Source: Tricharina praecox
Taxonomy: Eukaryota
Length of the DNA stretch: 64,000 nt
Reading direction: 5' to 3'
Assembly (NCBI RefSeq): GCF_024521635.1
Contig: NW_026250403.1
Location: 372,001 to 436,000 of the forward strand
The position numbers were made by a program, and so were the translations under genes. The notes beneath the pieces were generated by a model that made no database searches, had not been told where the DNA came from, and worked only from the letters and a program-made list of their open reading frames with translations. How positions within the stretch are numbered: the stretch's first letter is position 1; every line of letters begins with the position of its first letter. Positions 50,716 to 63,890 of this stretch are shown here, one piece after another.

Positions 50716-52925
50716 ATGGGAGACAATCCTTGTACCGTCGATGCTCTCAGGAAAGCATTTACCTCCGTCCTTCCACCAGCACAGGCCGTGCCAAATCCGG
50801 TTTTGCAGGTGCTTCAGATAAAACCAATAGCAGCACAGGCCAATGCACCAGAGCGGTATGTCAGAACGCTGTGCATTTTAAAGGACAGAAGATCTAATGG
50901 CTTGAAGATTCCGCGTTGTGTTGTCAGATTCAACTCATTTCATCCAAGCGATGATCTCGACACGTAGCTCTTGCCCGTCCTTGCCACTTATACCTCAAGC
51001 TCATGATGAACCACAGAAACGAATCATGTTGTCCAGTCTGGCGAACTGCAGAAGGGCTGCTTCATTAAGCTCACCAACTACAACGCCCAGAAGGTCAAAG
51101 ACAAGAAGTACGGACCAGCACTTCCGGTAGCAACGTCATCATACTAACGAACGAGCTCAGGATCTTGATCATCATCGAGTTGGAAGTCCTCAAAGCCCAC
51201 GGCGTTAGGGAAAAAGTTGGTAATCCAACAGCGCTGGAAGCCGCCACCGCTGGCCAAACCTCAGCACCCGCAGCGTACCAAACCTCGGAAACCCCCGCAT
51301 TTCAAGAACCCGCCGCGGCCCCATCGTTCTATGGTAATAAGCCGGCACCTCAGCGAAATTCTCCGATCCCTGCCGCAGCTTCTAGGGCAGCATCCGGTGG
51401 TGATGGTGGAGCGTAAGTTCCATGTCTACCTGACTTGGGATAGCAGAGCTGACAGTTCTTCTACAGTGCGCGTTCCAACATATACCCCATCGAAGCCATT
51501 TCTCCGTACCAGAACAAGTGGACCATCAAGGCACGCGTGACCAACAAGTCGGACATCAAGTCATGGAGCAACAGCAAGAGCGAGGGCAGGCTCTTTACCG
51601 TTACTTTCCTCGATGAAAGTGGCGAGATCCGTGCCACAGCCTTCAACCAGGAGTGTGATGCACATTACGAAGTTTTGCAGGAGGGTCAGGTCTACTTCAT
51701 TTCGAAGTGCCGAGTTGTGATGGCCAAGAAGCAGTTTTCGAACGTCAACAACGATTATGAACTCACCTTTGGCCGGGAAACCGAAATCGAAGTGGTTCGT
51801 TGGTTTCTTGCCATCCCAGACGAGCGAGATGGGAAATTAGCTGACGAATTGGCAACCAGTGTAACGATGATGATGTGCCGAAGGTTAACTTCAACTTTGT
51901 GCCCCTCTCAGAACTCGAGCGTGTCGAGAAAGATGCATTCGTCGACGTGCTGGGTGTAGTCAAGGAGGTCGGAGATATGGAAGAGATCACGTCCAAGGCC
52001 ACCCAGAAGCCATACTCCAAGCGCGAAATCTCACTTGTCGACAGCTCCAACACTTGCGTCCGCTGCACCGTGTGGGGAAAGAATGCTGAGACTTTCGACA
52101 TCGCCCCGGACACGGTGATTGCGTTCAAGGGTGTCAAAGTCAGTGACTTCGGCGGTCGCTCTCTTAGTATGCTCTACAGTTCGTCGATGATGGCGAACCC
52201 CGACGTCGATGAGGCACACAACCTTAAGGGCTGGTATGACGGCCAGGGCCAGAGAGACCTGTCCACATACCAGACCCATGCGGGGCTTTCGACCGTGGGT
52301 GCAGCAACGGGACGGAATGATCCATACAAGACGTTGCTCCAGGTGAAGGAAGAGAACATCGGAATGAATGGCCAGGACGGCAAGCCGGAGTACTTCACTA
52401 CCAAAGCTACCATCGTCTACATCAAGCACGATAACATATCGTACCCAGCCTGTCTCAAGCCCGAGTGCAACAAGAAAGTGATACCGAGGGATGACGACAG
52501 CTGGGGTTGCGAGAAGTGCGGTGTTACACACCCCAGGCCTCAATACCGGTAGGACCCCCCTACCATTCTCTTCCTCTACTCAAGCTGACCACACCTCCAG
52601 TTACATCATGACAATCTCAGTGAACGACGCCTTCGGCCAGGCCTGGCTCAACTGCTTCGATGAGATTGGTCGGCTGATCATGGGCAAGTCCGCGGACGAG
52701 ATGCACGAGCTCAAGGAACGCAGCGAGCAGTCGGGCGACGAGAAAGAGTACGAAGCATGCTTTGCCGAGGCCATCTGTAAGACGTTCGTCTTCAGGTGCA
52801 GAGCGAAGGAGGACACGTTCCAGGAGAATTCCAGGATCAGATACCAAGTCATGAGCGCTACTCCGGTAAACTATGCCCAGGAGGCGGCAAAGATGGTCGA
52901 ACAGATCAATCTTTACGGCGCGTAG
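50716..52925 (+). CDS. RFA1: Replication protein A 70-kDa subunit; about 6 introns
   Basis: PIEAISPYQNKWTIKARV, DESGEIRATAF, KVSDFGGRSLS, zinc ribbon C..C...CEKC. Confidence 0.97.
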
Positions 52926-53544
52926 GTAAAAAAAAAGGGTGGGATTGTGTGATGGGCGGACATTGTACGGGTGGGGATTGTAATCTACTTCATCTTGTAC
53001 TTCATCTGGTTTCTTCTTCGTGTTCGATGACCACATGCTTTACCTAAGCTTTTGCCGAATATCTTCTTTATACAGTCATGTACATGACCACAAATACATG
53101 AAAAGTTGGAGAACTCAACGCGCATCACACCCACGGCTCATCTCATGGGCTGATTTCATACGCCAGCTCGCCTTGTATAGCATCTCGCTCAAACCGGCTC
53201 ACGGAATGGTCCCAAGAGATGGCCGACGGAAAAGATTATGCCCATCCTCATTATGCTTGGCTTACGTTCGAGACGTGCTCCTACTCGATTCGGATGATAT
53301 CGATTGTACTATGGAGGTGGTAGAGGCTGATGGCCGATAAACGCAAGATTGACGGCCAACACAAACGGCTCGGGACATGAACTGAACCCTCGCGCCAATT
53401 CTGTCACATATTGCAGACAGAGGGTATTGAAGTTTCAATAATCTCGTCATGGTCGGAGTTTGATTATCATTGCGAAAGGTCACCGAAAATAAAAGAAAAA
53501 AACGAAGTCCCCACACGAAATGACTTTTATCCCAAACATGTAGA

Positions 53545-54474
53545 TTACACCTTGAAACCTCTGCTGTTGCGGCGACCACGAGCGCGCTCGAACTTGCGGC
53601 CCTTGGACTCGACGTATCTGCGACCAATGCATCAGCAATTTGCTCCACCGTGATCACAGGCAACGCTTCCAGTAGATGCAGAGGGGCCACGTACGGCTTC
53701 TTGTGCTTGTGGGGGCCCATTCCGAAGTGCTTGACGGATTCCCGGGAGTTCTTGGGTCCGCGGAGCAACAGGGTGTTGGCACCGGTGGGGCTCCTCAGAG
53801 CGAGCTGGTCAAGAGTGATGCACTCGCCTCCAGCGGCCTCAATACGGGCACGCGCAGTGGCGGTGAAACGGAGAGCAGCAACCGACACCTTGGGGGTGGT
53901 GAGGAGACGGTTGTCGTCGGTGACGGTACCGACAATGACAACGGTCCGCTCGGCGTTCTTGGGTGTCTTCTCGTTGACCTTGGGGTTGGCGGCGAAGCGC
54001 GCGATCTTGGACAGCGACACCGGGGGACGGTTCATCTTCGACATGAAGAGCCGACGGAGGATGACCTTGTTGAAGCTGCTATCGGTACGACGGGCGAGGA
54101 AGCGGTACAGCTTCACGAGGAGCTTGATGTACACATTGTCGCTCTTGGCAGCCTGTTTGCCCCGGATCCGTCAGCGGACAGCTCTTCATAGTTGTAATCG
54201 CGAAACCCCATTTTAGCTCCTCCATGTCGTGTTGACGATTCCCATGTGTTTCCACTTCCTCCTCGTCCCGCGACTTCAGCAGTCTCCCAATCCACACCTC
54301 TCGCTTTGCGTCGCAAATAGGATCTCGTAGGAATGGGGTTGTAACGCGGGGTGGAATTCAAAGTCGTACCTTGCGGTGGTGCGTAGGCCTCCTGTGGTCA
54401 AGATCGATACTGTTTGCCGCCTCAAATCAGCAATTTGTTCGACTCGCGCATGAATTAATCGTATCTTACCCCAT
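53545..54474 (-). CDS. RPL18: 60S ribosomal protein L18 (eL18); 3 introns
   Basis: MG|IDLD...[25 protein letters not shown]...[16 protein letters not shown]. Confidence 0.97.
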
Positions 54475-54639
54475 GGCTGCTGTGGTGTTAGTTCGTCTGG
54501 GTCGTCGTCGTTGGGGCGGAAGGTCTGGATTGTCTGAGAGTCGTCTTTCCACACACAAAACACCTAACTCGGGCGGGCGTGGCAAGTGTCTGTGCGGAAA
54601 GCTGAGAATTTTGACTGCTGAAGCCACTAGTCGCACAAC

Positions 54640-54664
54640 TAGGGTTGGCACCAAGAAAACCCTA
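54640..54664. promoter_or_regulatory. Inverted pair TAGGGTT-N11-AACCCTA (telobox/Tbf1-like) upstream of RPL18
   Basis: The inverted repeat is seen directly; TAGGG-type motifs are known in fungal ribosomal-protein promoters. Confidence 0.4.
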
Positions 54665-55048
54665 CGCACATAACTCCTAACTCGGTTCGCCTATAAAATT
54701 TCCAGTTCCCCGCTCATAACATTTTCCGTGGGGGGATCCTCGCTACCAAAATAGCGGCACCGTAATCAAATGCATCGTCAAGGCACAGAGCACAGTCATT
54801 CATGATCAGACACTCGATGATAAAAAGCCTCAAATTCTTAACTGCTATCAAACATCGGCACACCAAATGGGTCGAAAGAGAGAGACAACATCAATTTATT
54901 GTCGCATGCGGCCTTTACTAGACTATGGCAATCACCCCAAATGGGTCGAATGCATTACTATGAAACGAAATGATCAAACACCGGCACATTGGCCTTGTTA
55001 TACGGGGTATCCCAAGATCAAGCGCCTGATATTCCTCTAGAATCCTAT

Positions 55049-58000
55049 CTAGTTTGTTTCCTGCTGATAGATTCTGGAGGCCAAACTTCCACCCTTCCAC
55101 GAATGAGTGGGATCATGCTCCCTCGTCTTTTTGCCCTGTCTGTCACTTGGCTTCCCATACCCTCCACCCCCAGGCGTGCACACAATGATCCTCTCTCCGG
55201 GCTTCATGGGTGCCGTATTTTTCCCTTTAATCAGTCGCGTCAGAAACAGCTATCATCGGGAGTAATTGTGAAACTGGGTAACGTACCTCCCATATTGATG
55301 GTCCTAAACTTCTTCATGCCATCTTTGGGGTCCCTAACTTTCCTCATCCACAGGTTGAGTCCACACTCGGCGTCCGTGCCTCCCGCCATACCATAGGGAT
55401 GGTAAATACGTCGTTCGCTAAGAATAGACACCTGGACGGGCACGCGGAACTCGATATCCCTGATGACACCGTCACCGCCCTCATACTCTCCCAGTCCGCG
55501 GGAGCCCTCACGGATCGAGAACTCTCGGAGGATGACCGGATATCTCCGCTCAAAGACCTCGGCATCGGTGATCCTCGTATTCGTCATATGCGTGTGAACA
55601 CCCGAGGTTCCATCCCAGTGCGGACCGGCTCCGCTGCCTCCAGCAATGGTCTCGTAGTATCCGAAGCCTTTGACGTGGCCTTTGCCCTCGACTTGTCCGC
55701 CGTAGCCAAAAGTGAGGTTGTTGCAGTCTCCTTGACTGGCGGCACAGGCTTGGAAGGCTTTCAGGACGACGTCCGTGATGCGTTGACTGGTAAGGACGTT
55801 TCCACCCACTACCGCAGCGCCTTCGCTTGGGCTTAGGAAGGAGTTCTTGGGGATCTTCACGTGAATCGGTTTCAGGCAGCCTTGGTTCAGAGGGATCTCT
55901 TCCGAGATGAGACAGCGCAGGCAGTAGATGATCGCAGAGTAGGTCACGGCCTCTGGTGCGTTAGTGTTTCCTGGAGGGTTATCAGCATACGTTACAGGAG
56001 TAGGTAGAAGCGTGAGATAGTACCATAGACTTCCGGCCCCGTTCCCTCAAAGTCGAAGATGGCCTCTCCATTCTCCGGATCAATCTCTATCTTCAGACGG
56101 ATTGGCGATCCATCATCCATATAGTCCACCGCCTCAAGGTCATGACCCTCAAATCTCTTGTACACATTCTTAAGTAGCGCCCTGACGCTCTGCTCGGCAT
56201 TTTTCTGGATGGCAACCATGTAATGTTGGACCACATCCTCACCGTAATCGCCAATCAGGGTGGAGATCAAATTGATTCCCTTTTGGTTTGCAGCGACCTG
56301 TGCTTTAAGATCGTTGATGTTATCGGCGAGACAGCGAGTTCCACTGCAACCTGGGTACTGTGCTGGCTCCTCGAGCAACAGCTCAGTCATCCGCTTCTCG
56401 TTGAATCGACCTTCCGAGACTAGCTTTTCGCTCTTGATGGCGGCACCCTCTTGGAAGAGCTCGCGAGAGTTCGGCGGCATTGAGCCGGGAAGAATACCAC
56501 CGATGTCGGCGTGATGGGCTCGGGATGCCACGTAAAATATGATCTCGTCGCCGTTAAATGCCGGCGTGATCACCGTGATATCTGGTTATTTTCAGTGTCA
56601 TATCCGAACAATCATATTGGGTTTGAAATACCTGGCAAATGAGTGCCTCCAAACTCAGGGTGATTCGAGACAAGAACATCTCCACGCTTCAACTTGCCCT
56701 TCCATATTTCCGCCTGAGTCCGAACGCAGGTCGACATGCTACCAAGATGTACCGGTAAATGGGGTGCTGCATAAACTTTAGCAACTTGGAAAAGAGAGAG
56801 AGAAGTTAAGGAAGTTCACCATTGGCGACGAGTCCGCCGTCAGCATCAAAGAGAGCGCAAGAGTAGTCCAGCCTCTCCTTGACATTGGTACTGACACTGG
56901 TCTTCTGTAACGCTCTTCCCATCTGCTCTGCAATCGCCATAAACCTGTGGGCAAAGATGCTAAGCATGATTGGGTCGACCTTGTCAGTTCCCAGCTTCTT
57001 CGGACCGACATTGTGGTGGTCACCGATGTTAATAACGACGTGAGTGTGAAGAACCAAAGCTATAGCTCCGGGGGTCACAACAATGGTTTGTGTACCATCG
57101 GCCAGCATAGCAGGCCCCTTGATGCGGTCACCGATGGCAAGCTTCTCGAGCCGGAAGACGGGGGTCTCCACTCTACCTCCCTCGAAATAAATACTTTTCA
57201 CGAAATCTTTCTTGGCCAGGTCCACCTCTTTTTGATGAATCTCCTTCAGTTGCTGGTCAACAGACTTCTCCATCTCGATGTTGCTCTTTCCAATACCTCG
57301 CACCCGGATGTCGTCAACAAGGATGTCTCTGTCCGGAAGAGTAAACCCAAACTCCTGCTCATGCTGTCGGACGAACGCATGGCCATAGGCGTTCTCCTCG
57401 TCCTCGAATTCGCTATCCGTGGGTTTGACAATCATCAATGCGGACTCGGTACCGCGATATCTCATATTCAGGTACTCCTCAAAAACGATGTCCTTCTGAG
57501 AGAACCCCTGGTCTTGAAGAGATGCACCGGCTTTCCCCTTCAACTTCTCCATCCTTTCGACCAGGCCCGTCTTTTGCTCCTCGCCAAATATCACCGAGCT
57601 CGGCTCCTGGGTTTCATGGACGACATCCGCTAACGCCATTCCATAGGCCGAGAGGACTGACGAGTACCTATGCACCAAGATCTGGCTGATCCCCAGACTC
57701 TCCGCAATGGCGACGGCATGTTGTCCTCCGGCACCTCCGAAGGTCGCCAACCGGTGCTGGCTGGTATCATATCCCTTCGCCTCCGTCAAGCTTCTGATGG
57801 GCCGTGTCATTGTCTCGTTGGCTATCTTGATAAAGCCGTGCGCAACTTCGTCAGGGCTCATGTGCTTTCCGAGCTCCTGGTTGATTATTTCTGTAAGCTC
57901 TTCGAAAAGCTTCCTGCTGGCGGCTTCGTCCAGTGCTTCATCTTCATTTTTACCGAAGATCCTGGGGAAGAACTCTGGTAGTAGCCGGCCGAGAAATAGG

Positions 58001-59445
58001 TTCGCATCCGTGACGGTTAAGGGACCACCCTTGCGGTAGCACGCAGGACCTGGGTGTGCACCGGCGGACTTGGGACCAACCACGAAGAGGCCGTTCTTCC
58101 AAAATAGCCTTGACCCACCACCAGCAGCCACGGTATTGATGTCAAGTTGCGGGCTTTGGATAGTGACTCCAGCCGTTGTCGTTTCGAACACATGTTCGTA
58201 CCTCCCCGCGCCGTATCTAGACACATCCGTACTCGTTCCTCCCATATCGAATCCAATCACCGGGGTTTTTGTTTCCGGATCATAAGATGTCAATGCGTAT
58301 CCTACCACTCCTCCAGCAGGACCAGACAGAATAGCCCTCAGGCCGCTGAATTTCGACACATCGACGAGACCTCCGTCACTCTGCATGAACTCGCATCTTG
58401 CGCCCTTGCTTCCTTCCGAATTCTTGACGCTTTCCGATCCCAGTCCGCCCTCAAACCCCTTCGAGAACCCGTCAATGTACCGCCGAATCTCCGGGGTAAG
58501 ATATGCATCCGCGGTGGCCGATGTAGCTCTCGGTATCAGCTTGATCATCGGCATCAGCTCTGACGACAGCGAGATATGTGTAAACCCGATCTCCTTCGCA
58601 ATATCCCCCACCAGGGCTTCGTGGTTCGGGAACGTATACGAGTGCATAAGACACACCGCTATCGATCTGTACCCCTCCTCGTATAGTTTCTTCAGGCTCT
58701 CACGGATCTCCGCTTCGTCGGGCCGCTGCAGGATCCGCACCGCCTCGCCGGACAGTCCACGGACCAGGTCAGGATCATTCGCCGTAGTGACGTCGGTAGT
58801 CTCCCGCTCCGGATGCTCCGCATAGTCTTCCAGCGTCACCCGCTCATCGATCTCAACCACGGTCTGGTAGAGCACGTCGGGCTTGTGGATAGCCAGGTCG
58901 AAGATCTTTGGGCGCGATTGATTACCTACACCCCACAATTAGCGTCATCCCCGATAGCCATGTTCACAATAAAATGCGCCTGACCAATGACCAAACAGTC
59001 CCTGAACCCCTTCGTCGCGATGAGCGCGCACTTCTCCCCTTTCCGCTCAAGGAGCGCATTCGTAGCCACCGTGGTTCCCATGCGTATCGATTCTGCGCCC
59101 AACGCCATCAGCACTCCTCCACGCACCCACCCACGCACCCGCTCACACCCCACATACGAAGCACGAACCTATTTCAGAAGTATCTAGCGGCTGCCCACGT
59201 GGAAACTCCTTCCCGGTGAACCTCTCCAGCAGGCGACGGATTCCTTCCAGCGGCGCATCGTCGTAGTTCTGTGGGTCAACGGAGAGCAATTTGATGATCA
59301 CGTCGTCCTCGAGCTTGCCCGTGCCCGGGTTGCCAACGCAGTCTGTGAAAGTTCCTCCCCGCTTTTGGTGGGGTCAGCAGAGCGACTATAGGCAGAAGTG
59401 AAATGAAGAGGGACCGACGTCAATCGCGATTCTGATACCGGGCAT
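55049..59445 (-). CDS. OXP1: ATP-dependent 5-oxoprolinase; about 7 introns
   Basis: [71 protein letters not shown]. Confidence 0.97.
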
Positions 59446-60215
59446 GGTGGCTGTGGAGAGTGCTGGACTGGACTACAGCAGTGTACGGAGGGATAGAGTA
59501 TTCGGCCTCCTCGCAGATAGGATAGAAAAGCGGATGTAGAGACGTAGACGTAGGCACAAAGCTATGACACGGTGCGCGGGTCGGAGAATTCGATGCTTTG
59601 GATGAGCTTCAAAATCCAGTAGGTACCTGTGGAGGATCTGCCCCGCCATATATGCGGCGGCACGGCGCGTTCCATGACGTCTCTGTTCGGCAACCCCACT
59701 TTTGCTGATAGATCAGTTTCCCGCCCTCCCAAACATATGCAAGCTAAGATTTCGGATTTGATTTGTTTTGCGCGGGGGATCAACTCCGCCGTCGTATCCT
59801 AGGGATGTACCTTTCTACTCCGCCCATCAGGTATCGGTACATAGCGGTACATACCGCATTTCTAATCTGCAGGAGAGGATGGCACCGACGCGGCGACGCT
59901 GGATGGGATGGCAGCTCCAACTGATGCCCATGCACCTCGCTTGGTTAAAGATGGTGCATATGAACCTCCGAACGCCGAACCCTGGGCGCTAGGAGTTTGC
60001 AGTCCGCCGGCACTACTCTGGTCCATGTGCGAACTCCGTTTACTGATCTGCACGGAGTTCCGTCTGTGCCTGACTAAAGTATCATAGCTACAAGATGTAC
60101 TTTTATGTACTTGCCTGCTAAAAGCGAGAACGGCAAACAGCAAACAGCAAACAAAAACTTTTATTTCTTACACGAATGGTATCTCTTTTTTTTGTATGAA
60201 AAAAGAAACAAATGC

Positions 60216-61628
60216 CTAGATTTCCACGTTCTCAATCGTCTGGTGCAGATACGACTTCTTGCCAGCCCCGTAGTCAGAGGCCGCTTGTCCGTGTCCACGC
60301 AACTGATACTTGTGGATAGTGAGGCCTTCCAGTCCTACGGGTCCTCGGGCATGGATCTTGTTGGTCGAGATGCCGACTTCCGTCCCGAAGCCGTATCTGA
60401 AACCATCGGCGAACCGAGTGCTAGCGTTCCAGTACACTCCTGCGGAATCGACTCTGTTCATGAAGCTCTCTGCATCCTCCTTCGATTCTGTCAAGATGGC
60501 GTCGGTGTGGCCGGAGCTGTACGCATTGATGTGCAGGACAGCCTCGTCCAGTCCAGAAACGACCTTAACCGCCAGTGTGAGCTCTAGGAATTCAGTGTTG
60601 TAATCCTCCTCCGTGGAATCCTGAAGGATCACTTTCTTAGCTGCATCAAGAGTGGAACTCTGGAGGGCGGCCTTCGAAAGAGAGTCGCAGCGGAGAGAAA
60701 CACCCGCCTCAAGGAGCGCCGATGCGATCTTGGGCAGTACGGTGGCGGCAGTTGACTCGTGGACCAGCAGAGTTTCAACAGCGTTGCAGGCGGCAGGGTA
60801 ATCCGTCTTAGAGTCGAGTACCACCTTGACGGCCTTCGATTCGTCTGCATCGTGGTGCACATAAATTGCGCAGAGCCCATCCGCATGGCCCATAACCGGA
60901 ATCTTGGTGTTCTCCTTGATGTGTCGAACAAGCTCGTTACCGCCTCTCGGGATGACAAGGTCGATGTACTGGTCCTGGTCCAGCAAGGCACTGACGTCCT
61001 CACGGGTCTCGACGAGCTGAACGGCTCCTGGAGGGATGGTGGTCGTCGCAAGGGCCTCGGAAACCACACGGGCAATTGCGGCGAACGAATTGGTGCTCTC
61101 CCTTCCACCCTTCAAGATCACGGCATTTCCCGACTTCAATGCCAGTGCTGTGATATTTGCGATGACCTCCGGTCGTGCCTCAAAGATGACTAGCAGCACC
61201 CCGATCGGGCAGGTAAGGCGGTAAAGATCCAACCCGTCGTCGAGCCTGGTCGCCAGCGTGACCTTTCCGACTAGACGTCGTCAATCGTAGGCCACAGTCA
61301 ACAACAAGCACAGATCGATCATACCAGGATCCTCCAAGTCCCGGACCTCCAGAATTCCCTCGAGCATGCCCTCCCACTTGCTCTGGCTCAGGAACAGACG
61401 CTTTGCCAGCGACTCGCGCATCTTGCCAGCTTCGACCAGCTTCTGTGCCGCTTCCATGTCCTTCTGGTTCGCTTCGAGGATCACACTCTTCGACTTTTCG
61501 AGGGCATCGTGGACGGCCGTGAGAGCGGCATTGCGATCGCCACCGGAGACGGCCTTGAGAGTTCTAGAAGCGAGGGCAGCAGTGCGGGCGATATCGACCG
61601 GCGATAGGGAGGTCTGAGTGGATGCCAT
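60216..61628 (-). CDS. PRO2: Gamma-glutamyl phosphate reductase; 1 intron
   Basis: PIGVLLVIFEARP, DYPAACNAVETLL, NASTRFADGFRYGFGTEVGISTNKIHARGPVGLEGL. Confidence 0.97.
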
Positions 61629-61744
61629 TGTGTTTCGCTTGGAATTTATTAGATCGTAATTCGTATGCGTAGAAAGTAAGTGCTTGTTCGAGTGCTCAAA
61701 GAAAAGTGCGGAGAAGGACAAGATCGGCAGCAGGTGGGGGCGGC

Positions 61745-61755
61745 TGAGTGACTAA
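61745..61755. promoter_or_regulatory. Possible Gcn4/CpcA-like element (TGACTAA) upstream of PRO2
   Basis: One mismatch to TGACTCA, about 120 bp upstream of an amino-acid biosynthesis gene. Confidence 0.3.
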
Positions 61756-61952
61756 CTGTGTGTAACCTGGAAAACCACCTAAAAGTATCTAGCAAATGCT
61801 TGGCTTATGCGCTTCGGTAGTGGGGGAGAGACGCGGAGAGTTCCCCCCACAAGCCTTCAAGGTTCACCGTTCTCCATCTACCATCAACACCATCCACAAT
61901 ACGGGCGCTCCACTCACCGCTACTTCAACTACCCCCAGAGATACGGCTCGCC

Positions 61953-63651
61953 ATGGAGAAGCTAGTTGACCAGCTTACCGCCTTTCCCTCGTCGTTGGAC
62001 CTCACCGACGCTGAGCTCTCGAAACAGGCACAGCTGCTGCTCATCAACTACCTCTACAAGGTTCCGGCATCCAGTCTCGCGACCGGTATTAGCGGAACGA
62101 ACCTACTAGATCTTCTAAATCCCGCAATAAACAGCTTACCATATGTTTTCGTGCTGTGAGTTTCCTTTGCTCGCAAGAAAGTACCGGGATAGCTCTGACT
62201 GGGCCTTCTAGAGCTGCGAAGCTTGATATGGGAGGCCGATCTGCGCTGGAAACAAACTGGGGCTATATCGTGGAGTTCCTCGCAGTTCATGATGGGAGGC
62301 AGATGAAGCATACATCCAGGGAGTTCCGACGAGTGGTGGAGGTGTTTTGCAAATATGCGGCGGACATGGACAGAGTGCGTGCTTTGTTGCCGCCTTGGAC
62401 TCACACTCGTACTGATGCTTTTATAGACCCTATTAGCCGTCAAGCCGCTGAAGAAAGCCCTCCTCCGATCGAACCCGTCGCAATTCTCCTTCATGCACCC
62501 CATCTTCACCCGTCTTTGCTTGCAGGCCAAGTGCTACAGAGATGCTATTCCCGTCCTAGACATAGACGTTTTCGATTTCCCATCTTCGAAGGGCAGCCGG
62601 GACGATAATGGAAAAGGTCCCGAAGTGAGCCACAGAGACGTGCTGGAATACTACTTGTATGGCGCCATGCTGTATATGGGTGTCAAGAGATGGAGGAGGG
62701 CCATGGACTATCTCTGCCATGTACGATGCCCTCTAGCTGTGGTGGGTGACTCGGTGCTGATTATACTAGGCCATTGCTGCGCCCGGCAATGCTTGCTCTA
62801 CTATCCAGGTGGAAGCTTACAAGAAGTTCATCTTGGTTGGACTGCTGCTAGATGGAAAAGTAATTTCCTCATAGTCCCTAGGAATCCTACCAGCTGACAA
62901 GAGATCAGATTCCCCTAGCACCTAAGTCAACCACAGGCTCTACATTTCGCATCCTCAAGGCCCTAACGAAACCCTACGAAATTTTTGCCCTCGCCTTCAT
63001 ATCTGGGGAAGCCGGCCAGTTCCGCCAGGAGATTGAATCGACGGCGGACTACTTCAGCAACGATGGAAACGCAGGATTGGCGTCACAGTGCATAGAAGCG
63101 TTCCGGCGGATGCAGATCGTCGCACTAAGGGACACCTATGTCACCCTCGGAGTCTCCGAAATCGCACAGAAGAAGCTCGACGTGACAGGACGAGGTGGTG
63201 ATGTCGGAGGAGACGAGGAGACCGAGCGAATAATCCTGGGAATGGTCAATCCCAGTTACTCCCAGCTATAAGAAACCCCAGCTGACCCGTACTCCAGATT
63301 GAACGAGACGAGATCTGTGCCACACTCTTGCAATCAGGAGCAGATGCGTCGGCGTCTCAAACTACCGTTCACTTTGACAGCATCCCCGTCGAAGAAGATC
63401 GCAACCTCGCCGCCCTGGAGGAACAAATTGCCAGAATCGTAACTCTCAACAAACAAGTGAAGCAGATGGACAGAAAGCTTGGTCTCTCCAAGGAGTACAT
63501 ACAGTTCATTTCCAAGCAGAACAAAGGTTCTAGTGGTGGTAATGCCACTCAGATGTCCATGGATTCGGAAATAATGGAAATGGACTATGTCGCGTCGTGG
63601 GGTGACGAGGATATGGAGGAGACCATGCACGACTTTGACGATAACCTGTAG
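61953..63651 (+). CDS. CSN3: COP9 signalosome subunit 3 (PCI protein); about 5 introns
   Basis: LDLLNPAINSL, HPIFTRLCL, EYYLYGAMLY, IQVEAYKKFILVGLL, DGNAGLA, TYVTL, LSKEYI. Confidence 0.85.
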
Positions 63652-63890
63652 ACATCAAGTATGGCGTGGATAATTACTGCTTTACAACAAGGAGTTTCTA
63701 CTTCGGGTTTCTACAAGTTACATAGTGGTTTTCTTTCCGTTTCTACTCTTTTCTTTTTGCTGCTGGGAAGCTTCAGAGCTTTTGATGTTTTTTTTTTAAC
63801 AATAGCGAGTGACATTTCATGATACATTGACTGGCCCCGTGTCGCATCCCCGTGTCGCGAGCCCCTTGTCAAAATCACTACTCTTCAACA

